This document shows positions 52,675 through 61,615 of a stretch of 64,000 nt of DNA, piece by piece; position 1 is the first letter of the stretch; each line of letters starts with the position of its first letter. Under the pieces are notes generated by a model, which was not told where the DNA came from, made no database searches, and saw nothing but the letters and a program-made list of their open reading frames with translations. The DNA is taken from the NCBI GenBank assembly GCA_963698885.1, contig CAVOSJ010000003.1, positions 553,250 to 617,249 on the forward strand, in the 5' to 3' direction. Position numbers and translations under genes: made by a program. The DNA comes from Nitrospirota bacterium (lineage in GTDB: Bacteria; Nitrospirota; JACRHJ01).

Positions 52675-54033
52675 TTAAGGATTTTCTTCGACCGCGGCCT
52701 TCAATTTTCTCCATAGAGTCACCCTATCGATACCAAGTATCTCGGCGGCAACAGTCTTGTTGCCGCCGGCTTTTTTTAATATCAGCTTTATATAAGCCTC
52801 CTCCTGTTCCGCCAGAGTAAACATTCTGCCTTCTTTAGGCCTGAAGGTCCTGATGCTCAGGCCTTTCAGATCTTCTGGAAGGTGAGCCGTCTCAATCGTT
52901 TTCGCGTTCGAAAGGGCCACTCCCCTCTCGATTATATTCTCGAGCTCCCGGACGTTGCCTGGCAAATCATAGTTCATGAGCGTATGAAGCACGTCCTGCG
53001 AGATCTCCGTCACGTCCTTCTGCATAAGAGTGGAATATTTATCAAGGAAATAACGAGAGAGAAGGGGGATGTCCCCCTTTCGATCAGAGAGCGGCGGAAG
53101 GCGGAGCGTCACCACGTTCAGCCTGAAGTACAGGTCATTCCGGAATCTCCCAGTGTTCATTTCCTCGCGGATATCCCTGTTAGTGGCGGCGATTATCCGT
53201 ACGTCTACCTTTACAGGCGCTATGGCGCCAAGCCTTATCATCTCTTTCTCCTGCAGGACCCTAAGGAGCTTGACCTGCATTGAGGGGCTCATCTCGGTCA
53301 CCTCGTCCAAAAATAATGTCCCGCCCGACGCGACCTCGATAAGACCCCTTTTCATGGTTAAGGCGCCAGTGAACGCCCCTTTCTCATGGCCGAAGAGCTC
53401 GTTCGTGAGTAATTCTTCATTGAAGGCGCCGCAGTTAATTGCGAAGAAGGGCCCCTTGGTCCTCTGGCTCGAAAAATGGACATAGCGCGCGAAAAGCTCC
53501 TTGCCTGTTCCGGACTCGCCCGTTATAATGACGTTGCAATCTGTCGGCGCGATCTGACGCGCCGTCTGGAGGAGTCTCCGCACCTCCGTATCCTGCGTAA
53601 TTATCTTAACTTCTCCGTCAACTTTTTTGATCTGCTCGCAGAGCTGGATGTTTTCCCTGCAGAGTCTTACTTTGGAGAAGGCAGACGCGACGATAGTTTT
53701 CACCTCTTCAGGCTCAAAAGGTTTTGCAATATAATCGTATGCGCCCTTTTTAATCGCCTCGACAGCCGATGGTATCGTAGCGTTACTGGTTAACATTATC
53801 ACTTCGGTATTTGAATAAAGGCCCTTGCATCTCTCAAGAATCTCCAGGTCATCCACATTACCCACAGGATAATCAAATAGGACAACCCCAACCTCTTGCT
53901 CCTCAACGAGCCTAAGGGCATTTGCACCGCTGGTCGTGCAGACGGTCTCATAACCCTCCTTCTTCATGATCTGCTCAAGGTTCTTAAGGGCCGCTTTTTC
54001 ATCGACAACAATAAGAAGCTTATCCTGGCTCAT
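52675..54033 (-). CDS. Sigma-54-dependent response regulator (REC + AAA+ + Fis HTH), cluster 2, divergent from its target operon
   Basis: REC, GESGTGKEL, GAFTGA, ESFRYRD-equivalent region, HTH_8. Confidence 0.85.
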   Translation of the reverse strand: MSQDKLLIVVDEKAALKNLEQIMKKEGYETVCTTSGANALRLVEEQEVGVVLFDYPVGNVDDLEILERCKGLYSNTEVIMLTSNATIPSAVEAIKKGAYDYIAKPFEPEEVKTIVASAFSKVRLCRENIQLCEQIKKVDGEVKIITQDTEVRRLLQTARQIAPTDCNVIITGESGTGKELFARYVHFSSQRTKGPFFAINCGAFNEELLTNELFGHEKGAFTGALTMKRGLIEVASGGTLFLDEVTEMSPSMQVKLLRVLQEKEMIRLGAIAPVKVDVRIIAATNRDIREEMNTGRFRNDLYFRLNVVTLRLPPLSDRKGDIPLLSRYFLDKYSTLMQKDVTEISQDVLHTLMNYDLPGNVRELENIIERGVALSNAKTIETAHLPEDLKGLSIRTFRPKEGRMFTLAEQEEAYIKLILKKAGGNKTVAAEILGIDRVTLWRKLKAAVEENP

Positions 54034-54128
54034 CTTTTAAACGGCTCCTTTCCGCTGACATTAAAAAATCTTTGCCCCGGCATTTAGCGACGCCTGATGA
54101 TATCCGTTTATTCCAAAGCATATATAAC

Positions 54129-54235
54129 TATATTGCAAAATGCAATATTTATCTTTTTTATGCAACAGTCTTGGCGGATGCCCTGCATATAGACAAATTG
54201 AAACTAAAAAAGATACATATTGCAAATAGCAACAT
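54129..54235. promoter_or_regulatory. Two related palindromic sites: ATATTGCA-AAA-TGCAATAT (54129-54147, perfect) and ATATTGCAAATAGCAACAT (54217-54235). Candidate enhancer (UAS) sites for the adjacent sigma-54 activator
   Basis: Direct reading. The 70-bp spacing between half-site centres and the 65-170 bp distance upstream of the candidate -24/-12 element are typical for EBP sites. Confidence 0.4.
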
Positions 54236-54300
54236 TTAGTATCTCAAGGCTCCTTACTCAATTTTCTTTAAATACAAATAGTTACAAAGATTATCGGTGA

Positions 54301-54317
54301 TGGCATGGTTATTGAAG
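54301..54317 (+). promoter_or_regulatory. Candidate sigma-54 promoter TGGCAT-N5-TTGA upstream of the cluster-2 operon
   Basis: GG and TTG at the correct spacing. The -12 C is replaced by A. About 50 nt upstream of the ATG at 54369. Confidence 0.3.
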
Positions 54318-54368
54318 TACTAAAGTGGCAATAAGCATAGGTTGAAATCTGAAACCAAAGGGGCGGCC

Positions 54369-54824
54369 ATGGTGCTAAAACGTAAAATCGAGAATCTGTT
54401 AGCCACGGCGACATTCACAGAGAAAAGAAATTACGAAATGGCGCGGAAGATAGACCGAAAAAAGAAAGTCCTGCTTATCCTGCTCGGAACAGAGTCGGAC
54501 AGGGCGTCCTTCAAGTATGCTTTGAACATCTCAAAAAGAATCGACGCCGGACTTGAAGTGCTCTACGTGTCGCCGGAACCGGAGGTCGCCGCATTGCTTA
54601 CCAGCATTGTGGATGAGACTGAAAGGGAAGGCGTGGAACTGAAGGTCGTGAAGAGGACCGGCTGTATAAAAAACGAATTGATTAACCACGCTCAGAATAG
54701 GAGCGATATACAGCTCGTGGTCCTCGAGTCGGCTGAGGATCTCGATGAGAATTGTACTGAGCGCCAACTCATAAAGGCATGGAAGAGGATGAACTGCCCG
54801 ATAGTGGTGGTGTCCGAGGCGTGA
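54369..54824 (+). CDS. USP-fold protein, cluster 2
   Basis: KKVLLILLG..SDRASFKYALNISKR..LEVLYV.. Start at MVLKRK. Confidence 0.5.
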   Translation: MVLKRKIENLLATATFTEKRNYEMARKIDRKKKVLLILLGTESDRASFKYALNISKRIDAGLEVLYVSPEPEVAALLTSIVDETEREGVELKVVKRTGCIKNELINHAQNRSDIQLVVLESAEDLDENCTERQLIKAWKRMNCPIVVVSEA

Positions 54825-54840
54825 AAACAGAGGAGGTAAT

Positions 54841-55098
54841 ATGAACAACTGCATCGTCAAAAAGAAGAAAAAACCTTATTTGCGAACCTTTTTGTTCGGC
54901 ATAATCTCAGTCGGTCTTTACATGACGCTACTGAGCCATCAGGATCTTGTAAACGGCAGTTTTGGACGAGGCGGCCTGTATGCCGTGCTTCCCATAGCGA
55001 CGGCGTTCATATTCTCGTTCATACATGGCTCATTTACCGGCCATTTCTGGACCATGATGGGAGTTGAGGCGTCGAAGAAGATAAAGGAGGTAAAATAA
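54841..55098 (+). CDS. Small two-TM membrane protein
   Basis: 85 aa, two hydrophobic helices. SD GAGGAGG upstream. Its stop overlaps the start of the next gene. Confidence 0.4.
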   Translation: MNNCIVKKKKKPYLRTFLFGIISVGLYMTLLSHQDLVNGSFGRGGLYAVLPIATAFIFSFIHGSFTGHFWTMMGVEASKKIKEVK

Positions 55099-56204
55099 TG
55101 CATGAGGCGATAAAAACAGCTTCGAATTTCATAAACATAGATGCAATGACCTTCTTCTACCTTTTCGGAGTGGGCTTCGTGGGTGGACTGGTCAGCGGCT
55201 TCATAGGCTCCGGCGGTGCGTTTGTCATGACGCCTGCAATGATGAGCCTCGGTGTGCCGGCGCTTGTCGCCGTGGCAAGCAATATGTGCCACAAGTTCCC
55301 CAAGGCACTTATTGGCGCGATCAAACGTGCAAAGTATGGCCAGGTCGATGTTAAGCTCGGTATAATACTGGGGATATCCGCCGAGGCTGGTGTATTGTAC
55401 GGCGCAAACATACAGGAGCACATCAAAGCAAGATACGGCGATGCGGGCTCAAATCTCTACGTAAGCGTTGCATTTGTCGTGATATTGGCGGTGATAGGCG
55501 GCATTGTCCTCCTCGACGCTATTAAGACCTACCGCTCCGGTAATACACAAGAAGAGGAGAAGACGTGCAGGTTAGCCAAATGGGCGCAGTCCGTCAATAT
55601 CCCCGGGACGATGGTGTATTTCAAAAGCCTTAACGCAAGAATATCGGTACTTTTCACGATACCTCTCGGCTTCGCAACCGGTATGCTTGCGGCTACGATA
55701 GCTGTTGGCGGTTTCATCGGCGTTCCTTCCATGATTTATGTCATGGGTGCGCCGTCCCTCATGGCGTCGGCAAGCGAGCTTGTCATTGCGTTTGTCATGG
55801 GCCTTGGCGGCTCCTTTAAATACGCGATGCACGGCCTGGTGGACATACGCCTGGCGATGATAATCCTTGCTGGCTCGCTCTTTGGCATACAGCTGGGCGC
55901 CATCGGTACCACCTACGTTAAACCATTCGTGATAAAGCTGGTCATGGGCGTCATAATGGCCATAGTGCTCGTCAGCAGGGGCCTTATGATACCCGTTTAC
56001 CTCTCTCAGTTGGGTCTTATCCAGAAGCTCTCCGACCCGGTCGCCAAAGTGCTGAAAAACGTGAGTTTCGCGGTAATGGTGCTTGCGCTGCTGCTGGGCG
56101 CGTTCATCGTACTAAGGGCGATGTGGATGGGCAAGCGGGCCGAGAAGGAGAGGCTCCTGGGCGAGAGTATGGCCAGCGAGGCTCTGCAGCATGGGCAGGT
56201 ATAA
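55098..56204 (+). CDS. TauE/SafE (DUF81) family permease, cluster 2, with a long central loop
   Basis: GSGGAFVMTP and AVGGFIGVP repeats. 368 aa. Confidence 0.7.
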   Translation: MHEAIKTASNFINIDAMTFFYLFGVGFVGGLVSGFIGSGGAFVMTPAMMSLGVPALVAVASNMCHKFPKALIGAIKRAKYGQVDVKLGIILGISAEAGVLYGANIQEHIKARYGDAGSNLYVSVAFVVILAVIGGIVLLDAIKTYRSGNTQEEEKTCRLAKWAQSVNIPGTMVYFKSLNARISVLFTIPLGFATGMLAATIAVGGFIGVPSMIYVMGAPSLMASASELVIAFVMGLGGSFKYAMHGLVDIRLAMIILAGSLFGIQLGAIGTTYVKPFVIKLVMGVIMAIVLVSRGLMIPVYLSQLGLIQKLSDPVAKVLKNVSFAVMVLALLLGAFIVLRAMWMGKRAEKERLLGESMASEALQHGQV

Positions 56205-57048
56205 AAGAATACTCGTCGCTTTCGACGGCTCCGACTCAAGCAGTAACGCGCTGAGGCAGGCCATAAAGCTTGCGAGGCTTGAGAAATCGTGGGTGAAAGT
56301 GGTTTCGGTCGTGCCTTCATACGAGGGGGAGCTTGAGCTTCTTGGCGTGCGGGATGTTGAAACCGCTATCAGGGGCCCGGCAGAGAAGCTCCTTAGTGAG
56401 GCAAAGGCCATAGCCGGGGGTGAGGGCGTTTCCGTAATTACGAATTTAGAGAAAGGCGAGGCGTACGAGCGGATAGTGGATGTGGCCGAGTCAGAGAAAT
56501 GCGAGCTGATAGTGATGGGCAGGAAGGGTCACGGCAGAATAGAGAAGGCGTTGATTGGTTGCGTCACCGAGAGAGTCATAGGGCATACAATGAAGGATGT
56601 CCTGGTGGTACCAAATGGCACGACGCTTGGGCTGAGCGCGATCCTGCTTGCGACCGACGGTTCGAAGTGCAGTGACGCCGCTATAGCGAAGGCGATAGAT
56701 TTAGCAAAATCTTATGGCTCATCACTCGGTATAGTATCCGTGGCAGATGTTACGGATGAATTCAAGATCGAAGCGTCTAAGATCGTGGAGAAGCTGACCA
56801 GGGACGCGAAGGGGATAGTTCAGGAAGCAGCCGATAAAGCGAAAACGTCGGGCATTGACGCCATGACGTACGTGAAGGCGGGCGAGGCCTACAGTATCAT
56901 AACGGGCCTCGCCGCCGAGCAGGGGGCGGAGCTTATAGTGATGGGTTCCCACGGACGCAAGGGCTTAAGTCGGCTTCTGATGGGGAGCGTTACCGAGAAG
57001 GTTATTGGTTACTCATGCACACCTGTCCTCGTAGTTAAATCATGCTGA
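56191..57048 (+). CDS. Tandem-domain universal stress protein, cluster 2
   Basis: MGRKGHGRIEKALIGCVTERV and MGSHGRKGLSRLLMGSVTEKV. Confidence 0.8.
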   Translation: MGRYKRILVAFDGSDSSSNALRQAIKLARLEKSWVKVVSVVPSYEGELELLGVRDVETAIRGPAEKLLSEAKAIAGGEGVSVITNLEKGEAYERIVDVAESEKCELIVMGRKGHGRIEKALIGCVTERVIGHTMKDVLVVPNGTTLGLSAILLATDGSKCSDAAIAKAIDLAKSYGSSLGIVSVADVTDEFKIEASKIVEKLTRDAKGIVQEAADKAKTSGIDAMTYVKAGEAYSIITGLAAEQGAELIVMGSHGRKGLSRLLMGSVTEKVIGYSCTPVLVVKSC

Positions 57049-57156
57049 TATGGTGAAAGTTTGTAATTCCTGCACAAAATATTCGTTTTTTATTGCTTGA
57101 CTTTTTATTCCAGTTATTCTATTCTAATCCTAAGTATCTAATATTTAAGGTATTTC

Positions 57157-57258
57157 GCTGCAAATGCAGCAGGTCATTCGTCCGCCCTCTTCCCGGAGGC
57201 GCTCGATTGTTACCCGGCATACCCAGGGGCGCTCGATTGTTCCCTCGGCATACCCAGG
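57157..57258. promoter_or_regulatory. Perfect palindrome GCTGCAAATGCAGC (57157-57170), then two tandem ~31-bp repeats GGCGCTCGATTGTT(A/C)CC(C/T)(G/C)GGCATACCCAGG (57198-57258) immediately upstream of the kinase start
   Basis: Direct reading. The TGCA-AA-TGCA core resembles the 54129/54217 palindromes. Confidence 0.35.
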
Positions 57259-57281
57259 GCGCCTTAACCAAGAAGTGACAT

Positions 57282-58685
57282 ATGAAGATAGAGCAGAAGA
57301 TAGTGATGTCCAACATTGTAAATGTTGGCCTCATGATGCTGATAGGCTTTTTTGCCGTTCAGTCGCTGAATGTCGTGCTTACAAAGCTAAGGTTCGTGGA
57401 GATTGCCGACGACTTGAACGCATCCTTCCTGGAAATGCGGCTTTCAGAGAAGAACTACTTCCTCTATAATAACCCCTCCGCGCTGACCGAAATACAGGAC
57501 AAGTTAAAAACCGCGAAAAGTACCGTGGACTCTGCGAGTAAAGATATTTCTCGTGCGGTTGGAAACGAAAACCTTGTCAAGCTCAAGACATACATCGATA
57601 ACTACTACCGTGCAGTCAACGAGTCGATTGTAACCTGCGATAACAAGGACCGGAGATGTGAGACAAAGCTGCGGACCGAAGGCAAAAAACTTCGGGAATT
57701 CTCTGAATCAATGGTCCATTTAGAGCGGATACGGGTGGGAAACATCCTCTCCAGCACGAAGCAAATTATGCTGTTTTCCGTAATAGGCATAATCCTCTCC
57801 GCGATTGCCGTAAGCCATCTTGTTTCGCAAAAAATTTTAAGGTCGCTGAGAAAAATAGAAACCCTGGCCAACACCATAGCATCGGGTAATTTTGAAAAGA
57901 TTGACGGAGTGGAGTCCAACGATGAGCTTGGTTCCGTCATAAAAGCAGTAAACTCCATGTCCGAAGAATTGAAGATCCACGAAGAGGAACTGCTCCAGTC
58001 CAAAAAATTGGCCTCAATGGGCATACTGACCGCAGGCGTAGCCCATGAAATAACAAACCCGTTGAACAATATATCCATGATAGCCCAGACCTATGCCGAA
58101 GTTTATGACAGCATGAGCCGGCAGGACCGCATAGAGTTTATGAAGAAGGTCGAGTCGGAGGCCGACAGGATTAAGGAGATAGTTAAAAACCTGCTCGATT
58201 TCTCAAAACCAAAGAAGGCGGTTTTTGGAGATGCCGATATTAAAGACGTTATTCGCAACTCCCTTAACCTCGTACAAAACATGCTGGATATAAACAAAAT
58301 AGAAGTCCGTGCAAACCTCAAGAACAAACTTCCTCACGTCATGGTTGATCAGCACCAGATACAACAGGTCCTGGTAAACCTTCTGGTAAATGCCTCACAG
58401 GCGATGCCGGAGGGCGGCTGGCTGAATATCGGGGCAAAACATAATAAGAAAAAGGACACGATTGAGATATGCGTAACGGATACGGGCCTGGGAATATCTC
58501 CGGAATTTCTCCCGCACGTGTTCGACCCGTTTTTCAGCACCAAGGGCGTGGCAGGCACCGGACTTGGTTTATCCGTCAGCTACGGCATAATCAAGAACCA
58601 TGGCGGCAATATTAAGGTTGACAGCGGATTGGGGACCGGCACTACCTTTTCCATAGAGCTTCCAACCAGTAAAATGGTAAAATGA
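57282..58685 (+). CDS. Sensor histidine kinase (NtrB-like), cluster 2, intact paralogue of the 46512-48121 kinase
   Basis: Periplasmic EKNYFLY motif, HAMP, HisKA GVAHEITNPLNNI, HATPase_c (TDTGLGISPEFLPHVFDPFFSTK..GTGLGL). Confidence 0.85.
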   Translation: MKIEQKIVMSNIVNVGLMMLIGFFAVQSLNVVLTKLRFVEIADDLNASFLEMRLSEKNYFLYNNPSALTEIQDKLKTAKSTVDSASKDISRAVGNENLVKLKTYIDNYYRAVNESIVTCDNKDRRCETKLRTEGKKLREFSESMVHLERIRVGNILSSTKQIMLFSVIGIILSAIAVSHLVSQKILRSLRKIETLANTIASGNFEKIDGVESNDELGSVIKAVNSMSEELKIHEEELLQSKKLASMGILTAGVAHEITNPLNNISMIAQTYAEVYDSMSRQDRIEFMKKVESEADRIKEIVKNLLDFSKPKKAVFGDADIKDVIRNSLNLVQNMLDINKIEVRANLKNKLPHVMVDQHQIQQVLVNLLVNASQAMPEGGWLNIGAKHNKKKDTIEICVTDTGLGISPEFLPHVFDPFFSTKGVAGTGLGLSVSYGIIKNHGGNIKVDSGLGTGTTFSIELPTSKMVK

Positions 58686-58750
58686 TGGCGGAGCAAAGAC
58701 TGCCGGAGTTTTGGTAAAGGCGTCTTTGAAAAGGGACCCCGGAGCAATCC

Positions 58751-61300
58751 ATGTTTAACCTTAAAAGCTTTTTAACTGAAAAGTTTAGCGGGAAGAAACC
58801 TCCATGGCAGGACCAGTTCAAACTTTTTAAAGAAATCATCGACAGCAACAACAGGGCCCTCGATATCATCACCGATTTGGGAGAAAAACTCGGCGGTGAC
58901 TACCTGTTCGATAGAGTTTACATCAAATCGGCTTATCATAAACTCAATAATGCCGTCGGCGCTTCAATTCAAAAGTTCGACACGCTCACCCAAAAAAAAT
59001 ATTCGCGCCTTCAGAAAACTTTTGACGGCATCGACTCCCGGATAAATTCGGCCATAAAAGACACGGCCGTCATTGTCGGGAAGGCTGTCGTATCCTACGG
59101 CGATATAGGCTGGGACATGACGCACGAGGTAGGCGGTAAAAATTTAAACCTCGCGGAAATGAAAAATCAGCTGAAACTGAACGTCCCGCCCGGCTTCGCC
59201 ATAACAACCCGCGCCTACGAAATGTTCACCCTGCATAACCATATCGATACAATGATAGAAGGCCTGTCCAGCGCAGGCTCTTTAGAGGATGAACAGCTAG
59301 ACAGGCTGCGCGACTTGGTGTTAAACGGGGAAATCCCTCCGGCAATCTCGGACGATATAGGCAACGCTCTTGCGATTTTAAAATCGGATATCAAGACCCC
59401 ATGCTTTGTCGCGGTGAGAAGCAGCGCGGAAGAGGAGGACGGCGAATTTACTTTTGCCGGACAGTTCAAGACTGTACTGAACGTGCCTGCCGAGAAAAAT
59501 GCGATAGAAGCGGCCTACAAAGAGGTAATAGCAAGTCTCTTTTCCAGGGATGCGGCCGCGTATCTGAAGAATACGGGCCATGTCGCGGGAAGCATGAAGA
59601 TGGCGGTAGGGTGCGTCCTGCAGATAGATGCGGTTTCAAGCGGCGTGATATTTTCGAGCAGCCCCGAACACTCGGCGGATATAATGATTGACGCCTCATG
59701 GGGGCTCGGCGTCTCGGTGGTCGACGGAACGGTGGAGCCCGACCTGTTCATGGTAAAAAAACCCACTGATAAAAATCCGGGCTTTAAAATAACAGATAGG
59801 AAGACGGGCAGAAAAGATTCGATGGCCGTGCTTTTGAGCGACGGCGGAATAGAAGCCATGGCCACGCCGGCCGATAAAACTAATACGCCTTGCCTTACGG
59901 ACGACCAGGTATTCGAGCTTGCTTCCCAGGCCGTTTTAATAGAAAGGCATTTTGGAGTGCCGCAGGATATTGAATGGGCGGCGGACAAAGACGGCATTAT
60001 ATATATTCTCCAGGCGAGGCCGCTTCGGTTGGAGGAGGACCGGGACCAGGATATTCCAATACCAGCCGAAGCCGCCGTCATAATGGAAGGCAAGGGGACA
60101 GTAGTTCAGAGGGGTACGGGCGCAGGGGCGGTTTTCATAACGAACCGCGACGACGATATCGAAAATATCCCCAGAGGGGCTGTCCTGGTCGCCAGGACTG
60201 ACTCCTCGAAATTCGTCAAAGTCATGCCGTACATTTCCGCCATCATAACGGATACGGGCGCGCCCGTCAGCCACATGGCTTCAGTCTGCCGTGAATTCAA
60301 AATCCCGACTTTGGTCAATGCCGGCGATGCGACAAAAATACTGAAGCAAGGCAAGGTTGTAACCTTGCATATGGATAAAGAAGGCAATGCCAGAGTTTAT
60401 GAAGGATTTATCAAAGAACTGGTAAAGGCCTCCAGGGAAAGCGTGTTCGGCATGGAGGGTATCGGCGAGTATCGAAAGAAAAGGCAGCTTTTGAGATATA
60501 TCTCGCCCCTTCATCTCGTTGACCCGCTGATGGAGGATTTTACGGTGGAAGGATGCCGGACTATCCATGACGTACTGAGGTTTATGCACGAGAAGTCGGT
60601 TACAGAGCTTATTGACGAGGCGCGGCACAGAGGCGTAAATGCAAATAGTCAGGCAACCGTAAGACTTGAGCTCCCGATACCGGCGGCGTTGATGGTGGTC
60701 GATATCGGCGGCGGACTCACTCTTCCTGATAAGAAAGATAAAATCGGCATCGAACAGGTGTCGTCCTTACCGCTTGCCAGTATATTAAAGGGAATGACTT
60801 ATCCTGGCGTGTGGCATTCGGAAACGGTTTCACTGAATGTCAGGGATTTACTTTCAAGCATGATCCGTATGCCCGATATCCGAATTGATGCGGAAAGTTA
60901 CGTAGGATACAATCTGGCCGTGGTTTCGAGAGAATATGTAAGTTTAAACCTGCGGTTCGGCTATCACTTCAACATGATCGACTGCTACTGCAGCGAAAAT
61001 GCGCGGAATAACCACATTTACTTCCGGTTCGTCGGAGGCGCTACCGACATAGTGAAGCGCTCAAGGAGGGTGACCTTCATAGCCGCGGTTTTAAAGGAGC
61101 ATGGCTTCGGCCTTAACATAAAGGGGGACCTTCTGGTCGCCAGGCTCTCTAATATAAGCCAGGACAGAGTCCAGGAATTGCTCGACCAGCTCGGCAGGCT
61201 TATATCTTACACCAGACAGCTCGATGCCATATTGAACTCCGACGAGTTGGTGAACCGGTACACCGCCGAATTTCTTGCCGGAAAATATGGCTTAAATTAA
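58751..61300 (+). CDS. PEP-synthase / pyruvate-phosphate-dikinase-like protein: PPDK_N ATP-grasp domain + phospho-His swivel domain + ~260-aa C-terminal domain that is not the canonical PEP-utilisers TIM barrel
   Basis: GGKNLNLAEM..VPPGFAITTRAY (PPDK_N). Swivel domain ITDTGAPVSHMASVCREFKIPTLV. The C-terminal 260 aa lack PEP/pyruvate-binding motifs. Confidence 0.7.
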   Translation: MFNLKSFLTEKFSGKKPPWQDQFKLFKEIIDSNNRALDIITDLGEKLGGDYLFDRVYIKSAYHKLNNAVGASIQKFDTLTQKKYSRLQKTFDGIDSRINSAIKDTAVIVGKAVVSYGDIGWDMTHEVGGKNLNLAEMKNQLKLNVPPGFAITTRAYEMFTLHNHIDTMIEGLSSAGSLEDEQLDRLRDLVLNGEIPPAISDDIGNALAILKSDIKTPCFVAVRSSAEEEDGEFTFAGQFKTVLNVPAEKNAIEAAYKEVIASLFSRDAAAYLKNTGHVAGSMKMAVGCVLQIDAVSSGVIFSSSPEHSADIMIDASWGLGVSVVDGTVEPDLFMVKKPTDKNPGFKITDRKTGRKDSMAVLLSDGGIEAMATPADKTNTPCLTDDQVFELASQAVLIERHFGVPQDIEWAADKDGIIYILQARPLRLEEDRDQDIPIPAEAAVIMEGKGTVVQRGTGAGAVFITNRDDDIENIPRGAVLVARTDSSKFVKVMPYISAIITDTGAPVSHMASVCREFKIPTLVNAGDATKILKQGKVVTLHMDKEGNARVYEGFIKELVKASRESVFGMEGIGEYRKKRQLLRYISPLHLVDPLMEDFTVEGCRTIHDVLRFMHEKSVTELIDEARHRGVNANSQATVRLELPIPAALMVVDIGGGLTLPDKKDKIGIEQVSSLPLASILKGMTYPGVWHSETVSLNVRDLLSSMIRMPDIRIDAESYVGYNLAVVSREYVSLNLRFGYHFNMIDCYCSENARNNHIYFRFVGGATDIVKRSRRVTFIAAVLKEHGFGLNIKGDLLVARLSNISQDRVQELLDQLGRLISYTRQLDAILNSDELVNRYTAEFLAGKYGLN

Positions 61301-61380
61301 GTGGTTTTTCCAGCCAGGCGACGCCACAATTCCTTTCGCTGCCCGCCAAAGATGCTAATTTCGCTAAACAGTGGATTTTC

Positions 61381-61410
61381 TTGCCCAAAATTTTATTTTT
61401 TTGCTATACT
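61381..61410 (+). promoter_or_regulatory. Candidate sigma-70 promoter for the hydrogenase operon (TTGCCC, 18-nt spacer, TATACT), giving a ~200-nt leader
   Basis: Direct reading. Weak -35 element. Confidence 0.3.
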
Positions 61411-61615
61411 GTTCTCTAATAGTATTCCGCCAGACACTTGCCATGCCTAAAAGAAATTTAAGTAATTGAAATAACATAGTGACAGGGATTATCTGATTTG
61501 GAGGATGTCTCCATGCTGAAGGACCCGGGGTTTCGAATTTCGGGGATGATCGGCCTTGAAGGAGCGGTGCGCCTTCGGGAATGTTGCGTTTAACCCAAGC
61601 GAAAGGAAGGGGAAA

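Noticed and set aside
57198-57258. Tandem repeats (also 29796-29860 and 30073-30110) as a possible CRISPR array
   Set aside because: Only 2-3 contiguous copies with no spacers, and no cas genes. They are simple tandem duplications.
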